Notes: a model not told the origin generated them from the letters alone. A stretch of DNA of 64,000 nt from an uncultured Bacillaceae bacterium (GCA_937951955.1 CALGAD010000161.1:2764-66763); one strand, 5' to 3'; shown: positions 1 to 10,312, numbered from the stretch's first letter. A program made the numbers and translations.

Positions 1-513
1 GCATTAGCAAATGCCAGGTTGCGGGATGAATTAGAAAAACTCGTCATCACCGATTATTTGACAAAATTATTTACGAGAAGTTATTTAGATGGGAAAATGC
101 AGGAGTCCCTGGAAAACGATGAACAGGGTGCTTTCGTATTAATCGATATTGATAATTTTAAACGGATTAATGACCTGTACGGTCATCAAGTCGGCGATGA
201 AGTACTGCAGCAAATTGCTGATATTATAAGAAGACATTTGCATGTGAATGATATCGCCGCTCGCTGGGGTGGAGAAGAAATTGCCGTTTATTTGCCTAAT
301 CGAACTTTAGAGGATGGTCTAGAATTAGCCAATCAATTAATCGAAGAAATCCAAAAAGAGACGGAACCTGAAGTGACTATATCTTGCGGTGTTTCCTGCT
401 GGAATCAGAACCGTAAGGATAATCCGCGTTCTCTGTTTGTCCGGGCGGATCAGGCGTTATATAAAGCAAAAGAGCAGGGGAAAAACAAGGTCGTTGCTGA
501 AACGAGGCACTAG
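1..513 (+). CDS. GGDEF-domain diguanylate cyclase, C-terminal fragment (gene starts upstream of window)
   Basis: Frame is open from nt 1. Contains LIDIDNFKRINDLYGH and RWGGEEIAVYL (GGDEF-type motif, variant GGEEI). HVND replaces an RxxD I-site. Confidence 0.85.
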   Translation, partial: ALANARLRDELEKLVITDYLTKLFTRSYLDGKMQESLENDEQGAFVLIDIDNFKRINDLYGHQVGDEVLQQIADIIRRHLHVNDIAARWGGEEIAVYLPNRTLEDGLELANQLIEEIQKETEPEVTISCGVSCWNQNRKDNPRSLFVRADQALYKAKEQGKNKVVAETRH

Positions 514-573
514 GAATATAACAAATTTTTCCAAAGTGCCGATATTAAAGATAAGACCATCCTTTCAGCTAAG

Positions 574-610
574 AAAAAAGAGCACTCACGAAAATAGGAG
601 TGCTCTTTCC
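574..610. terminator. Rho-independent terminator between convergent GGDEF and GAF genes
   Basis: AAAGAGCACTC (577-587) pairs with GAGTGCTCTTT (598-608). The A-run on the left gives a U-tract for the minus-strand gene. Confidence 0.7.
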
Positions 611-638
611 TTAAAAATATTACGTATATGTAAACCAA

Positions 639-1136
639 TTATGCATCCCAGGTAATGGATTGGACGAGAACTGCAGCGAATTCTTCTAACTTCTTGGCAT
701 CGATTTCATCAAAACGGGATTTAATTGGGCTGTCAATGTCTAACACACCGAGAACTTTGCCATCTTTGATGAGTGGGATGACAATTTCCGATTCACTAGC
801 CGGATCGCACGTAATATGCCCAGGGAATTGATGGACATCAGGTACGACAATCGTTTCTTTTTTAGCAACGGCTGTCCCACAAACACCTTTACCCACAGGG
901 ATACGGACACATGCCGGCAACCCCTGGAAAGGCCCGAGAACAAGTTCATCGCCTTCTAAAAGATAAAATCCGACCCAATTGATTCTGTCAAGAAACTGGT
1001 TTAACAGGGCAGATGCATTGCTTAAATTCGCGATCGGATGGGTCTCGTCCTCCAAAAGGGCACGCAATTGTTTAATGACTAAATTATACTTTTCTTCTTT
1101 TGTTCCTGTTAGATTTTCAATCGAACTCATGATCAT
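639..1136 (-). CDS. GAF-domain protein (YtsP-like)
   Basis: 165-aa ORF with GAF-like core VGFYLLEGDELVLGPFQG...GKGVCG. Lies next to ezrA, as I recall for B. subtilis. Confidence 0.8.
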   Translation of the reverse strand: MIMSSIENLTGTKEEKYNLVIKQLRALLEDETHPIANLSNASALLNQFLDRINWVGFYLLEGDELVLGPFQGLPACVRIPVGKGVCGTAVAKKETIVVPDVHQFPGHITCDPASESEIVIPLIKDGKVLGVLDIDSPIKSRFDEIDAKKLEEFAAVLVQSITWDA

Positions 1137-1321
1137 CCCTCCCGAATATATAAGTCATATTTTAGCAAAATTATGAAACGGTGTCAGCTATCGATAAAAA
1201 TTCAAGCAGGAATTTGAAAAATAACCTCAAAAATTGTCGTACTCATGGTATCATATAAGCAATGAAAAGAATTTTTACATTGACATAGATGAAGTTGGCG
1301 TACAGGAACAGGGGGCACATT

Positions 1322-3025
1322 ATGGTATACATAATTGGAACGATATTACTCATCATTCTTTTAGTAATTGGTAGTTATTTGATCAAAAGAAAATATTTTT
1401 CCATTGTGGACTATTGGGAAGAGAAAAAAATCGAACTAATGAACCGCCCTGTACTGGATGAGGTTGGAAAAATTAAACAGTTAAAAATGATGGGCGAAGT
1501 GGAAGAATATTTCGAGCGGTGGCGTGAGGAATGGGATGCCATCGTCACCGAACGCTTACCGAGTGTCGAAGAATGGCTTTATGATGCGGAAGAGTACATC
1601 GACCATTTCCGTTTTAAGAAAGCTAAGGAAGTTTTTGCGAAAATTGAACAGATGATCGCGGAATCGGAAAGAGATATTGATGAAATGGTTGCCCAGATTA
1701 ACCATTTAATTGAGAGTGAAGAAAAAAATCGGGAAGACTTTGAAGAGTCGCAGGAAATGTTTAAAAAATTACGCAAGGATTTACTCGCTCACAGCTATGC
1801 GTTCGGTCCAGCGGAAAAAAAGCTGGAAAATCGCCTGATTGAAGCGGAGCAACAATTTATCGCCTTTGAACAGGAAACAGACAATGGCAACTATTTAACC
1901 GCTCGCGAAATTATTCTGGCGGTGAAAAAGGAATTGGAAGATATCGGGAACAAGATGGAATCCATTCCTTTACTGCTGAATGAATGCCAACAAAAAATCC
2001 CGGCACAAATTAAAGAAATCCGCCTCGGCATCGATGAAATGGTTACAGAAAAATATTATCTCGCTCATCTGGAGCTGGATGCGAAATTAGACCGTATCGA
2101 AAACCATTTAGAAGCATACCTGGATTTTATCAAAAATTTACAGGTGGAAGAAGTTGAAGAAGGGGTTCAAGAAATTCAGGAAGAAATTGATCAGATCTAT
2201 TCCATGCTTGAAGAGGAAGTGTTTGCACGGCAATATGTGAGAGAAAATAAAGAGCTACTCATGGATTCCATTGAAAAAATCCTGGTAACAAATACGGAAC
2301 TAAATGATGAAATTGAAGAGATCAAGTTAAGTTACCATTTAAACGATTCCGATGTAAAAACAATTCGCTCCATTACGGAGCGTACCGAGGAAATGAAAAA
2401 ATCCCTTGCCCTGCTTCTAAAAGATGGAGAAGCCTCCGCAGTCGCATTTTCGGCCATTCAAGAAAAAATGAAGGAAATTATCGATACGGTTGCTGAAATT
2501 GAAAAAGAACAACAAGAATTTAAAGAAATGCTGCAGACCTTGCGAAAAGACGAAATGGAAGCGCGAGAAAAAATTCAACAATTGAAGCAAAAATTACAAA
2601 ATACCGCACGGACGCTCGCGCGCAGCAATGTCCCCGGTGTACCAGCGGATATCGAAACACGCTTTCTCCATTGTCAAGAAACCCTGCAAAATGTATTTCG
2701 TTCCCTGGAACAGAAACCGCTCGTGATCCCGGCTGTTCAGGAAGCGTTACAGCAAGCGGATGAAGCGATTAGTGAATATAGTGAGAAAGTGCACTGGATG
2801 ATTGACAACGTTTATTTAATTGAAAAGATCATTCAATACGGAAATCGCTATCGTGCTTCCGATCAAAATCTGCATGAAAAATTATTAAAAGCGGAAGAAG
2901 CTTTTTACCGCTACGATTATGAACAGGCGTTAGAAGAAGCAGCTACAGCGGTTGAAGAAGTTGAACCAGGTGCGTTGAAAAAAATAGAACAGTGGCTTCA
3001 AGAAGAAGAATCACTACAAAACTAA
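1322..3025 (+). CDS. ezrA: Septation ring formation regulator EzrA
   Basis: N-terminal TM helix followed by a long coiled coil. Close match to remembered B. subtilis EzrA (FEKWREEWD, IEKIIQYGNRYR). ATG 1322 follows a GGGGG RBS; the ORF-track start 1289 lacks one. Confidence 0.93.
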   Translation: MVYIIGTILLIILLVIGSYLIKRKYFSIVDYWEEKKIELMNRPVLDEVGKIKQLKMMGEVEEYFERWREEWDAIVTERLPSVEEWLYDAEEYIDHFRFKKAKEVFAKIEQMIAESERDIDEMVAQINHLIESEEKNREDFEESQEMFKKLRKDLLAHSYAFGPAEKKLENRLIEAEQQFIAFEQETDNGNYLTAREIILAVKKELEDIGNKMESIPLLLNECQQKIPAQIKEIRLGIDEMVTEKYYLAHLELDAKLDRIENHLEAYLDFIKNLQVEEVEEGVQEIQEEIDQIYSMLEEEVFARQYVRENKELLMDSIEKILVTNTELNDEIEEIKLSYHLNDSDVKTIRSITERTEEMKKSLALLLKDGEASAVAFSAIQEKMKEIIDTVAEIEKEQQEFKEMLQTLRKDEMEAREKIQQLKQKLQNTARTLARSNVPGVPADIETRFLHCQETLQNVFRSLEQKPLVIPAVQEALQQADEAISEYSEKVHWMIDNVYLIEKIIQYGNRYRASDQNLHEKLLKAEEAFYRYDYEQALEEAATAVEEVEPGALKKIEQWLQEEESLQN

Positions 3026-3054
3026 AGTTTCGCTTGTGGAAACGAAAATTTTGT

Positions 3055-3088
3055 AAAAAAGGAAACCGCCCGGTTTTCCTTTTTTTAT
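3055..3088 (+). terminator. ezrA terminator
   Basis: AGGAAACC / GGTTTTCCT stem followed by TTTTTTT. Confidence 0.75.
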
Positions 3089-3116
3089 TGAGATGAATGC
3101 TGTAAAACGATATAAT
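3088..3116 (+). promoter_or_regulatory. Sigma-A-type promoter for the cysteine desulfurase-thiI operon
   Basis: TTGAGA (3088-3093), 17 nt spacer, TATAAT (3111-3116). Confidence 0.55.
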
Positions 3117-3198
3117 TATCGGATGGATATTCGCATAAATAACGGACCATAATGAGCATAAATCCGTCGAAATGGAAGGGTGAAAGGAGAGAATTATA

Positions 3199-4344
3199 TT
3201 GATATACTTGGATAATAGTGCCACGACAAGACCGCTTGAAGAGGTTGTCGATTCTTTTGCCAAAGCGAGTCGTCTGTACTTCGGTAATCCGTCATCGATT
3301 CATAAAGCGGGATTGCAGGCCAATCAATTATTGGAGCGAGCGCGAGAACAAATCGCTTCCATCCTGGGAGTATTGCCGGCCGAAATTGTCTTTACTTCCG
3401 GTGGAACTGAAGGAAATAATACGGCGATTAAAGGCATTGCGTACACATATCGTTCACGGGGAAAACATATTATTACGACTTCGATTGAACACCCTTCCGT
3501 AACGAATGTTTGCGAGCAATTAAAAAAGGACGGTTTTGAAATTACGTATTTGCCGGTCAACTCCAGTGGTCGCGTCCGGGTTGAAGATGTGAAAAATGCA
3601 TTGCGGGACGATACGATTCTCGTTTCGGTCATGCATGTGAATAATGAAGTAGGTACAATCCAACCGATTGAAGAAATTGGTCAACTGTTAAAAAATTATC
3701 CGAAAGTCTTTTTCCATGTGGATAATGTCCAGGGAGTTGGCAAGGTTGCCCTGGATTATCATCGGTCACATATCGATTTAGCGACGATTTCCGCACATAA
3801 ATTTCACGGGTTGAAAGGTACCGGTGCTCTCTTTATTCGCCAGGGGATTCGGTTCGATCCTTTACTTAGCGGGGGCGGTCAGGAAGAGAACATTCGCAGT
3901 GGAACGGAAAATACACCGGGGATTGTGGCCATGGCCAAAGCCCTGCGGTTGACCACGGAAAATTTTGCGGAAAAAGTCAACCATATGAAAGCCATACAGC
4001 AGTACTTTTTCACTGAATTGAGTATGATTCCCGGGGTTAAATTGAACACTCCTCAAAAAAATTGCGCACCCCATATCGTTAATTTTTCGCTTCCAGGATT
4101 TAAAACGGAAGTGTTCATCTCGGCTTTATCGGAACGCGGGGTGTACGTGTCGACAACGAGTGCGTGTTCAGTACAGCGTAATGAACCGAGTAAAACACTC
4201 CTTGCCATGGGATGTGGTGACGATATTGCCTCCACTTCTGTGCGTATCAGTCTTTCTTTTGAAAATACTATGGATGAAGCGAAAGAAGCCATGAAAGCAA
4301 TTAAGGAATGTATCAATGAATTAAAATCAGTAATGAGGGGATAG
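3199..4344 (+). CDS. Cysteine desulfurase (class V aminotransferase, NifZ/IscS-like partner of ThiI)
   Basis: TTG start after a GAAAGGAG RBS. PLP-lysine context SAHKFHG and active-site Cys context TTSACS. Only a 2-nt gap to thiI. Confidence 0.92.
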   Translation: MIYLDNSATTRPLEEVVDSFAKASRLYFGNPSSIHKAGLQANQLLERAREQIASILGVLPAEIVFTSGGTEGNNTAIKGIAYTYRSRGKHIITTSIEHPSVTNVCEQLKKDGFEITYLPVNSSGRVRVEDVKNALRDDTILVSVMHVNNEVGTIQPIEEIGQLLKNYPKVFFHVDNVQGVGKVALDYHRSHIDLATISAHKFHGLKGTGALFIRQGIRFDPLLSGGGQEENIRSGTENTPGIVAMAKALRLTTENFAEKVNHMKAIQQYFFTELSMIPGVKLNTPQKNCAPHIVNFSLPGFKTEVFISALSERGVYVSTTSACSVQRNEPSKTLLAMGCGDDIASTSVRISLSFENTMDEAKEAMKAIKECINELKSVMRG

Positions 4345-4346
4345 AC

Positions 4347-5555
4347 ATGATATATGATCAAATTTTAGTCCGCTACGGTGAAATCTCAACGAAAGGAAAA
4401 AACCGCGGGCAATTTATTGACCGTTTGCGAGCTAATACGGCTTATGTATTGAAGGATTTTAAAAACATTAAAATACGAGCACACCGGGACCGGATGTATA
4501 TCGAGTTAAATGGTGAAAACTGGGAAAAAGTAGCCGAACCATTAAAAAAAGTATTCGGTATTCAATCGTTCAGTCCTGTAATGAAAGTGGAAAAAGATAT
4601 TGAAAACATTAAAGAAGGTTCCCTTGCTCTTTTTCAAAAATTAGGAGTAGCCGGGAAAACTTTTAAAGTTGCAACCCGTCGTTCCGATAAAACGTTTGAA
4701 TATACATCAAACGAAATGAATCAAATGTTAGGATCGCATTTATTACAACATATTCCTGATCTGCGCGTGGATGTGCATCAACCGGATTACGAATTGCAAG
4801 TAGAAGTGCGTCACGATGCGGTATATTTAACGTGCGAAGTGATTGATGGCGCTCACGGATTACCGGTAGGTTCTAGCGGAAAGGCGATGTTGATGCTATC
4901 TGGAGGGATTGACAGTCCGGTGGCCGGGTATCTGGCCATGAAGCGGGGACTTCTCCTGGAAGCCGTTCATTTTGCCAGTCCACCATTTACGAGTGAACAT
5001 GCGAAACAGAAGGTGATCGATTTAGGTAAAGTTCTCGCGGAAGTCAGCGGGAAATTTACAATTCATATCGTACCGTTTACTGAAATTCAGCAATTGATTC
5101 AGGAAAAAATACCGCAAAGCTATACGATGACCACAACAAGGCGCATTATGTTGCGCATTACTGATAAGATCCGGGAACAGCGCAACGGTCTGGCGATTGT
5201 AACCGGAGAAAGTTTAGGGCAGGTTGCCAGTCAGACAATTGAAAGCATGTATACGATCAATGAAGTGACGAACACACCGGTCTTGCGGCCATTAGTGACG
5301 ATGGATAAAAACGATATTATTGCCATTGCCGAAAAAATCGGTACATTGGCGATATCAAACCGTCCCTACGAAGATTGTTGTACAATTTTCACACCGCAGC
5401 AGCCGGCAACAAAACCACGCCGCGATAAGGTGAACCAGTATGAAGCAGGCATCGATTTTGATTCGCTCATTGATAAAGCTGTTGCAGGCGTGGAAACGAT
5501 TAAGCTTGAAGCTGGCAAAGACTACGACGAATCTGAACTGGCCGATCTTTTATAG
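4347..5555 (+). CDS. thiI: tRNA 4-thiouridine synthase ThiI
   Basis: THUMP-type N-terminus (RYGEISTKGKNR) and PP-loop SGGIDSPVA. Confidence 0.95.
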   Translation: MIYDQILVRYGEISTKGKNRGQFIDRLRANTAYVLKDFKNIKIRAHRDRMYIELNGENWEKVAEPLKKVFGIQSFSPVMKVEKDIENIKEGSLALFQKLGVAGKTFKVATRRSDKTFEYTSNEMNQMLGSHLLQHIPDLRVDVHQPDYELQVEVRHDAVYLTCEVIDGAHGLPVGSSGKAMLMLSGGIDSPVAGYLAMKRGLLLEAVHFASPPFTSEHAKQKVIDLGKVLAEVSGKFTIHIVPFTEIQQLIQEKIPQSYTMTTTRRIMLRITDKIREQRNGLAIVTGESLGQVASQTIESMYTINEVTNTPVLRPLVTMDKNDIIAIAEKIGTLAISNRPYEDCCTIFTPQQPATKPRRDKVNQYEAGIDFDSLIDKAVAGVETIKLEAGKDYDESELADLL

Positions 5556-5600
5556 AGAAAGAGGCATGCGTTTACTGTTAACAATTACCTGTTTCTCTAT

Positions 5601-5630
5601 GAATGAATTCCTTGTGTTCTACACAATCTA
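5601..5630 (+). promoter_or_regulatory. Candidate forespore sigma-G-type promoter of the SASP gene
   Basis: GAATG (fits GHATR), 18 nt spacer, CAATCTA (6 of 7 matches to CATXHTA). Lies 25 nt upstream of the SASP RBS. Confidence 0.4.
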
Positions 5631-5654
5631 ATGAACACAAGGAGGTGAAAACCT

Positions 5655-5861
5655 ATGGCCAACAACAATAATAGTAACCAACTTCTTGTGCCAGGTGCAG
5701 AACAAGCCCTTGAGCAAATGAAATATGAAATTGCACAAGAATTTGGTGTCAATTTAGGTGCTGAAACAACCTCCCGTGCAAATGGTTCTGTTGGAGGAGA
5801 AATTACAAAGCGTCTTGTGCAGATGGCTCAGCAACAATTGAGCGGAAGATTTACTCAATAA
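5655..5861 (+). CDS. Alpha/beta-type small acid-soluble spore protein
   Basis: 68 aa with [22 protein letters not shown] and GGEITKRLV, typical of SspA/SspB-type SASPs. Strong RBS AAGGAGGTGA. Confidence 0.95.
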   Translation: MANNNNSNQLLVPGAEQALEQMKYEIAQEFGVNLGAETTSRANGSVGGEITKRLVQMAQQQLSGRFTQ

Positions 5862-5878
5862 TCAATATAAATCTAGCT

Positions 5879-5910
5879 TCGGGCGGGGTTCATCCCCGCC
5901 CTTTACTGTT
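5879..5910 (+). terminator. SASP gene terminator
   Basis: GGGCGGGG (5881-5888) pairs with CCCCGCCC (5894-5901), then TTTACTGTTT. Confidence 0.8.
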
Positions 5911-6221
5911 TGTGGCACTGAAACCATTTGAGTTTCTAATATGATAACTGATGTCCGATTTATTTTAATAGGAAAGTCTTTACCAATACTGGTAGTTTTC
6001 CCCAGAATGTGTCCCATTAAACAGAGCATTTGTTTTTACACAATTTTAAATCATGTATAATATTTTATATGAAATTAATGAGCATGGAGTAGCTCGGGTT
6101 TTTAAAAGATTGGTACTAACAATAAGCCAGTAAAGCCGAACATTCTAGTTAATAGGAATAAAGAAGTTTGAAATTTTTTTTCGAAAATTTTTGAAACCCT
6201 TTTTGGACGTATCCGTATGAA

Positions 6222-7022
6222 TTAAAGGAACGTTCGCTTGACTTTATGCCAGAAGGAGTTTGTTTTCAGCTTAACGGTTTTGATAACGCGCTGACTCAAG
6301 CATATTTCAACGTGTCGCACTTTACTGGTGGCCAGGGCTTCATTATCGAAACTGATGATCGGGAAATTATTTGGTTTTTCATGAACTTCAAGTCGCAATT
6401 TTCGTTCACTGCTTAAAATTAAAGGAGAATCGATTGTCCGGAATTGATTATTATTAATCGATGCGAGTTCATTAACTTGAAACGAGCGTAGTAAAGGATC
6501 GACAATCGCACCGTGAACGGATTTATTGTATCCGGTACTTCCTGTTGGTGTCGAGATAATCATCCCGTCGCCACGAAACGTTTCAAAGTGAAGGTCATCG
6601 ATATAAACATCCAGAACAAAGGTTTTCACAATAGAGGAACGAATCGTGAATTCATTTAGACAGTAAAAAGGGCCTTCATCATCAATCGTGACTTCCAGGA
6701 CCGGATAGCGACGGACCTCGATTTTTTTCATATCCATTGCTTCAATGGCCTGTTCTAACGTTTCGAAATGAAAATCGCTATAAAAGCTTGTTTCGTTGCC
6801 GGTAGAGATTCCTACATAGAGGCAGTCGTCGCGAAATCCGGATTTGCGAACTGCCTGTAAAAAAGTACCATCGCCACCAATACTGACGATTATATTGGCC
6901 TCTTTGAAGTGGTTAACCACGATAAACCCTTTTTCTTTCGCGGCACTTTGTAATTGCTGTTTAATTTCTTCTAAAGCCGTTTGACCTTGATGGAAAAAAT
7001 ACATATTCCGTCTTGCGTCCAT
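6222..7022 (-). CDS. ppnK: NAD kinase
   Basis: GGDGTFL motif and NE/TGSTGYN context. GGGGGA RBS 5 nt upstream of the ATG. Confidence 0.93.
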   Translation of the reverse strand: MDARRNMYFFHQGQTALEEIKQQLQSAAKEKGFIVVNHFKEANIIVSIGGDGTFLQAVRKSGFRDDCLYVGISTGNETSFYSDFHFETLEQAIEAMDMKKIEVRRYPVLEVTIDDEGPFYCLNEFTIRSSIVKTFVLDVYIDDLHFETFRGDGMIISTPTGSTGYNKSVHGAIVDPLLRSFQVNELASINNNQFRTIDSPLILSSERKLRLEVHEKPNNFPIISFDNEALATSKVRHVEICLSQRVIKTVKLKTNSFWHKVKRTFL

Positions 7023-7212
7023 GAATATCCCCCTTATTACACATGGTCTTTGTTACTAGTTTATCATGTAGTGGATGATTTAAGCATCTCTGTGAGATTT
7101 TTGAAATAAGCATGAATAAAAGGTGAGGAATTGAAGCGTGTTTTCGATTAGATATCGTTTTTAATAAAGCAGACTTTCGACGTTTTGGCTAATATTGGAG
7201 GAGGGAAACAAA

Positions 7213-8223
7213 ATGAATGCGAAACGCTGGGTAGCATTGGCGGTTGCAGCAGGCGTCCTGCTTTTTTCCTGGGCTTCTGCTTTATTGTCAACATTTTTAT
7301 TTGCTGATCGCGAAGTATCGTTTGAAGAACTATGGGGATTGGACGGAGCTTTCTCCGAAACGGTTATTGAGGCGGGGGATCCATTTTCTCAGATCGTTGT
7401 CCTTGAGGTAAATGGTGTTATTCAAGATGTCGGGTCCGCAGATCCGTTTTTAACGGGGGGCTTATACAACCACCGCCTCTTTATGGAGAAGTTAGAAGTG
7501 ATTAAAGATAATGACAATGTCAAGGGTCTCATTTTACAAATCAATTCTCCAGGGGGAACGGTTGTTGAAAGTGCTCAAATTCATGATAAGCTTGTGGAGA
7601 TAAAAGAAGAAAAAGATATCCCAATTTATGTAACGATGGGTTCCACGGCAGCATCCGGCGGGTATTATATCGCCGCACCGGCCGATAAAATTTTTGCGGC
7701 TAAAGATACGATTACCGGTTCTATCGGGGTTATCATGCAAGGGTATAACGTTAGTGAATTAGCCGAAAAATTAGGAATTGAAGTCATGACGATTAAAAGC
7801 GGACCTTTTAAGGATATTGGTAGTAGCAGCCGGGAAATGACGGAGGAGGAAGTCGAGATCTTCCAGAGTTTAATTGACAATGCGTATGAAGATTTTGTCC
7901 GCATCGTTGCGGAAGGGCGTAATCTCGATATCAATTATGTAAAACAAATTGCGGATGGCCGTATTTACGATGGCCGGCAGGCGAAAGAAATTGGTTTAGT
8001 AGATGAATTCGGCTATTTAGAAGATACGATTGCAGCGATGAAAGAAGATATGAACTTAGAGGATGCCGAAGTTGTCCGTTACGACGATAATCTTTTCGGA
8101 TTGGGCTCGCTATTTTCTCTTATGAGCGAAAAAATTGGCGGAAATAGTAACACGACCGATAAAATCATTCAAGTATTATCCCATAACAGTGCCCCGCGCC
8201 TGATGTATTTATATTCGAATTAG
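7213..8223 (+). CDS. sppA: Signal peptide peptidase SppA (S49 family, 36K type)
   Basis: N-terminal TM helix and TAASGGYY catalytic-Ser context. ATG 7213 lies behind GGAGGAGGG; the ORF-track TTG 7195 overlaps that RBS. Confidence 0.92.
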   Translation: MNAKRWVALAVAAGVLLFSWASALLSTFLFADREVSFEELWGLDGAFSETVIEAGDPFSQIVVLEVNGVIQDVGSADPFLTGGLYNHRLFMEKLEVIKDNDNVKGLILQINSPGGTVVESAQIHDKLVEIKEEKDIPIYVTMGSTAASGGYYIAAPADKIFAAKDTITGSIGVIMQGYNVSELAEKLGIEVMTIKSGPFKDIGSSSREMTEEEVEIFQSLIDNAYEDFVRIVAEGRNLDINYVKQIADGRIYDGRQAKEIGLVDEFGYLEDTIAAMKEDMNLEDAEVVRYDDNLFGLGSLFSLMSEKIGGNSNTTDKIIQVLSHNSAPRLMYLYSN

Positions 8224-8235
8224 GAGGGGTGAAAG

Positions 8236-8991
8236 ATGGAAAAAAATGAACAAAAGAAAGAAATGGAAATGCTCACCTCTGACCAGGAACAGGCTGCTAT
8301 GAGCGCCGAACGGGAAACTCCCGAGATAGCCAATATATCCGATACGAACCAAGAAGAACAAAGAAAAGATATGGCTAATGAAGATGTTTCATCTGTGCAG
8401 AAAGATGATCGCATCATGCCGTTAGCTGCCCATCACGAGGAAGAACAGGAAAATGAACAGAAAGAAAAACGTTCGCCCTTATCAATTTTTGCGAACAAAG
8501 GGAAAATCGATGCCCCGTCTTCTTCAGACGATCCGGATTTATATGCATATGCCGGCTTCTGGATTCGTTTTTGGGCATATATCGTGGATTTGATAGTTGT
8601 GATGTCACTAAGACTGATCCTGGTTCGTCCTTCCGTGCTATTGCTGGACCTCGATACTACGGGATTTTTCTCCCTTTACAATATTTTGTCAGCGCTGATA
8701 TTTTTCAGTTACTTTGTGCTCATGACAAAATATTTCGGGCAAACATTGGGAAAGATGGTGTTCGGCCTGAAAGTTATTTCTTTAAAGAAAGATACTCTCA
8801 CTTGGGATACGGTTATTTTCCGGGAATTGGTCGGTCGCTATATTTGTCATACGGTTAAAATTGTTTACATTTTAGTCGGATTTTTACCGAAAAAACAAGG
8901 ATTGCATGACTATTTCGCCGATACAACAGTTATTCATGAAGACCTGGTCAATAAAGAAGGTGTTGAGCAGGTTCTCAACCAACATACGTGA
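8236..8991 (+). CDS. RDD-family membrane protein (YteJ-like), with an acidic N-terminal extension
   Basis: AGGAGGGG RBS. C-terminal half begins YAGFWIRFWAYIVDLIV, followed by three hydrophobic segments. Directly follows sppA. Confidence 0.85.
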   Translation: MEKNEQKKEMEMLTSDQEQAAMSAERETPEIANISDTNQEEQRKDMANEDVSSVQKDDRIMPLAAHHEEEQENEQKEKRSPLSIFANKGKIDAPSSSDDPDLYAYAGFWIRFWAYIVDLIVVMSLRLILVRPSVLLLDLDTTGFFSLYNILSALIFFSYFVLMTKYFGQTLGKMVFGLKVISLKKDTLTWDTVIFRELVGRYICHTVKIVYILVGFLPKKQGLHDYFADTTVIHEDLVNKEGVEQVLNQHT

Positions 8992-8995
8992 TTTT

Positions 8996-9022
8996 AGCGC
9001 TCCGTTTGGGAGTGCTTTTTAA
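8996..9022 (+). terminator. sppA-RDD operon terminator
   Basis: AGCGCTCC / GGAGTGCT stem (one G-U pair) followed by TTTTT. Confidence 0.7.
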
Positions 9023-9121
9023 TTTTGGAAAGCATTTCGCTGCCAATGAAGGATGGAGCGGGTTGGACGTTTATTTTTCCATTACCGTGACGATACTGAT
9101 TAGTTGAAAGGTTGTGTAAGA

Positions 9122-9802
9122 ATGATATTTTTCATGATTTTTCTAATCCTCGCCAGTATCGTCTCGATAATTCTCTTATCCAACATAAACGTATTCGTGC
9201 ACTATTCTTTTAATGGTAAAGAAAATTCATTGCAAATAAAAACGAAAGCATTATTCGGGCTTCTCAGCTTCCGGCGAGAATTATTAAAAAATCAGGGAAC
9301 AGGAGAAAAGAGAGACTTTTCCCGGAGCGATGGGAAGTTGCATCAAGTAGTTGGAGAAACAGGCAAAACCGATCATCCAATATCTCCGGATGAAGCGACA
9401 TCTCCCCTCCGACAAATCGAAAATATGATAGAACAGATCGGCCCGTTTTACAGTCTGTTAAAAAATTTTTTCCAAAAAATCAAGGTGAAACAGTTGATCT
9501 GGACTTCGGAAATTGGTACAGGGGAAGCGGCATCAACGGGCATCGCGACCGGTTTAGGCTGGGCGGTTAAAGGGAATGTCGTCGGGATGATTCGCCGCCT
9601 GTTCATTATAAAAGCAAAGCCTGAAATACAAGTATACGCAGATTTTCAAAAGGCAGTTGTCCGAACGAATTTTCATTGTATGTTTCAAGTTCGCATCGGG
9701 CAAACTATTTTAGCAAGTATTCAAGTGTTCCATCTTTATCGGAAAATGAAAAAGGAACAGGACAAGAAGGTAACCGTTGAAAAGAAGAATCAAACATTGT
9801 AA
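9122..9802 (+). CDS. Sporulation protein YtfI-like (DUF2953)
   Basis: N-terminal TM helix and sequence character of YtfI. Sits immediately upstream of ytfJ. ATG 9122 chosen over TTG 9104. Confidence 0.75.
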   Translation: MIFFMIFLILASIVSIILLSNINVFVHYSFNGKENSLQIKTKALFGLLSFRRELLKNQGTGEKRDFSRSDGKLHQVVGETGKTDHPISPDEATSPLRQIENMIEQIGPFYSLLKNFFQKIKVKQLIWTSEIGTGEAASTGIATGLGWAVKGNVVGMIRRLFIIKAKPEIQVYADFQKAVVRTNFHCMFQVRIGQTILASIQVFHLYRKMKKEQDKKVTVEKKNQTL

Positions 9803-9817
9803 CAGGAGGGATTGTTT

Positions 9818-10312
9818 ATGGCGGATCATCCCCTAAAAGGGTTGATGACTACAGCGATGGAAAACTTAAAAGATATGGTCGATGTAAACACGATATTAGG
9901 AGATCCGGTGGAAACCCCGGATGGCGGTGTGATCTTAACGGTTTCCAAAGTTGGTTTTGGCTTTGCGGCCGGGGGATCCGAGTTTTCTGCGGATAGCTCG
10001 GGACAGGGTTCCAGTTCTGATTCCCAGCTTCCATTTGGCGGAGGAAGTGGTGGCGGTGTATCCATAACGCCGATTGCCTTTTTGATTGTCAATAATGAAG
10101 GGGTGCGCTTACTCCACGTCGATCAAAACACCCACTTGTATGAGAAAATTATTGATCTTGCGCCGAATGCTGTCGATAAAATTCAAAAAATGTTTGCCAA
10201 AGACAAGAATAATCAGGCAAAAGGAAGTTCTTCCGTTAACAATTCCGATCAAAACAAACAACCAGAAAGTAACCCGAAAGATCCAACCGCACCTCCCGAT
10301 TATCAAATTTAA
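9818..10312 (+). CDS. ytfJ: Sporulation protein YtfJ (GerW family)
   Basis: LGDPVETPDGGVILTVSKVGFGFAAGGSEF core. ATG 9818 lies 7 nt after AGGAGGG. Carries a low-complexity Ser/Gly insert and a polar tail. Confidence 0.88.
   Translation: MADHPLKGLMTTAMENLKDMVDVNTILGDPVETPDGGVILTVSKVGFGFAAGGSEFSADSSGQGSSSDSQLPFGGGSGGGVSITPIAFLIVNNEGVRLLHVDQNTHLYEKIIDLAPNAVDKIQKMFAKDKNNQAKGSSSVNNSDQNKQPESNPKDPTAPPDYQI

Noticed and set aside
5862-6221. Promoter-like TTTACA (6035-6040) and TATAAT (6056-6061) in the 360-bp gap between the SASP gene and convergent ppnK. Could drive an sRNA or an antisense transcript into ppnK.
   Set aside because: The spacer is only 15 nt, and the TG abuts the hexamer rather than forming TGn. 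No downstream terminator or RBS-preceded ORF is present. AT-rich spacers produce such matches by chance.
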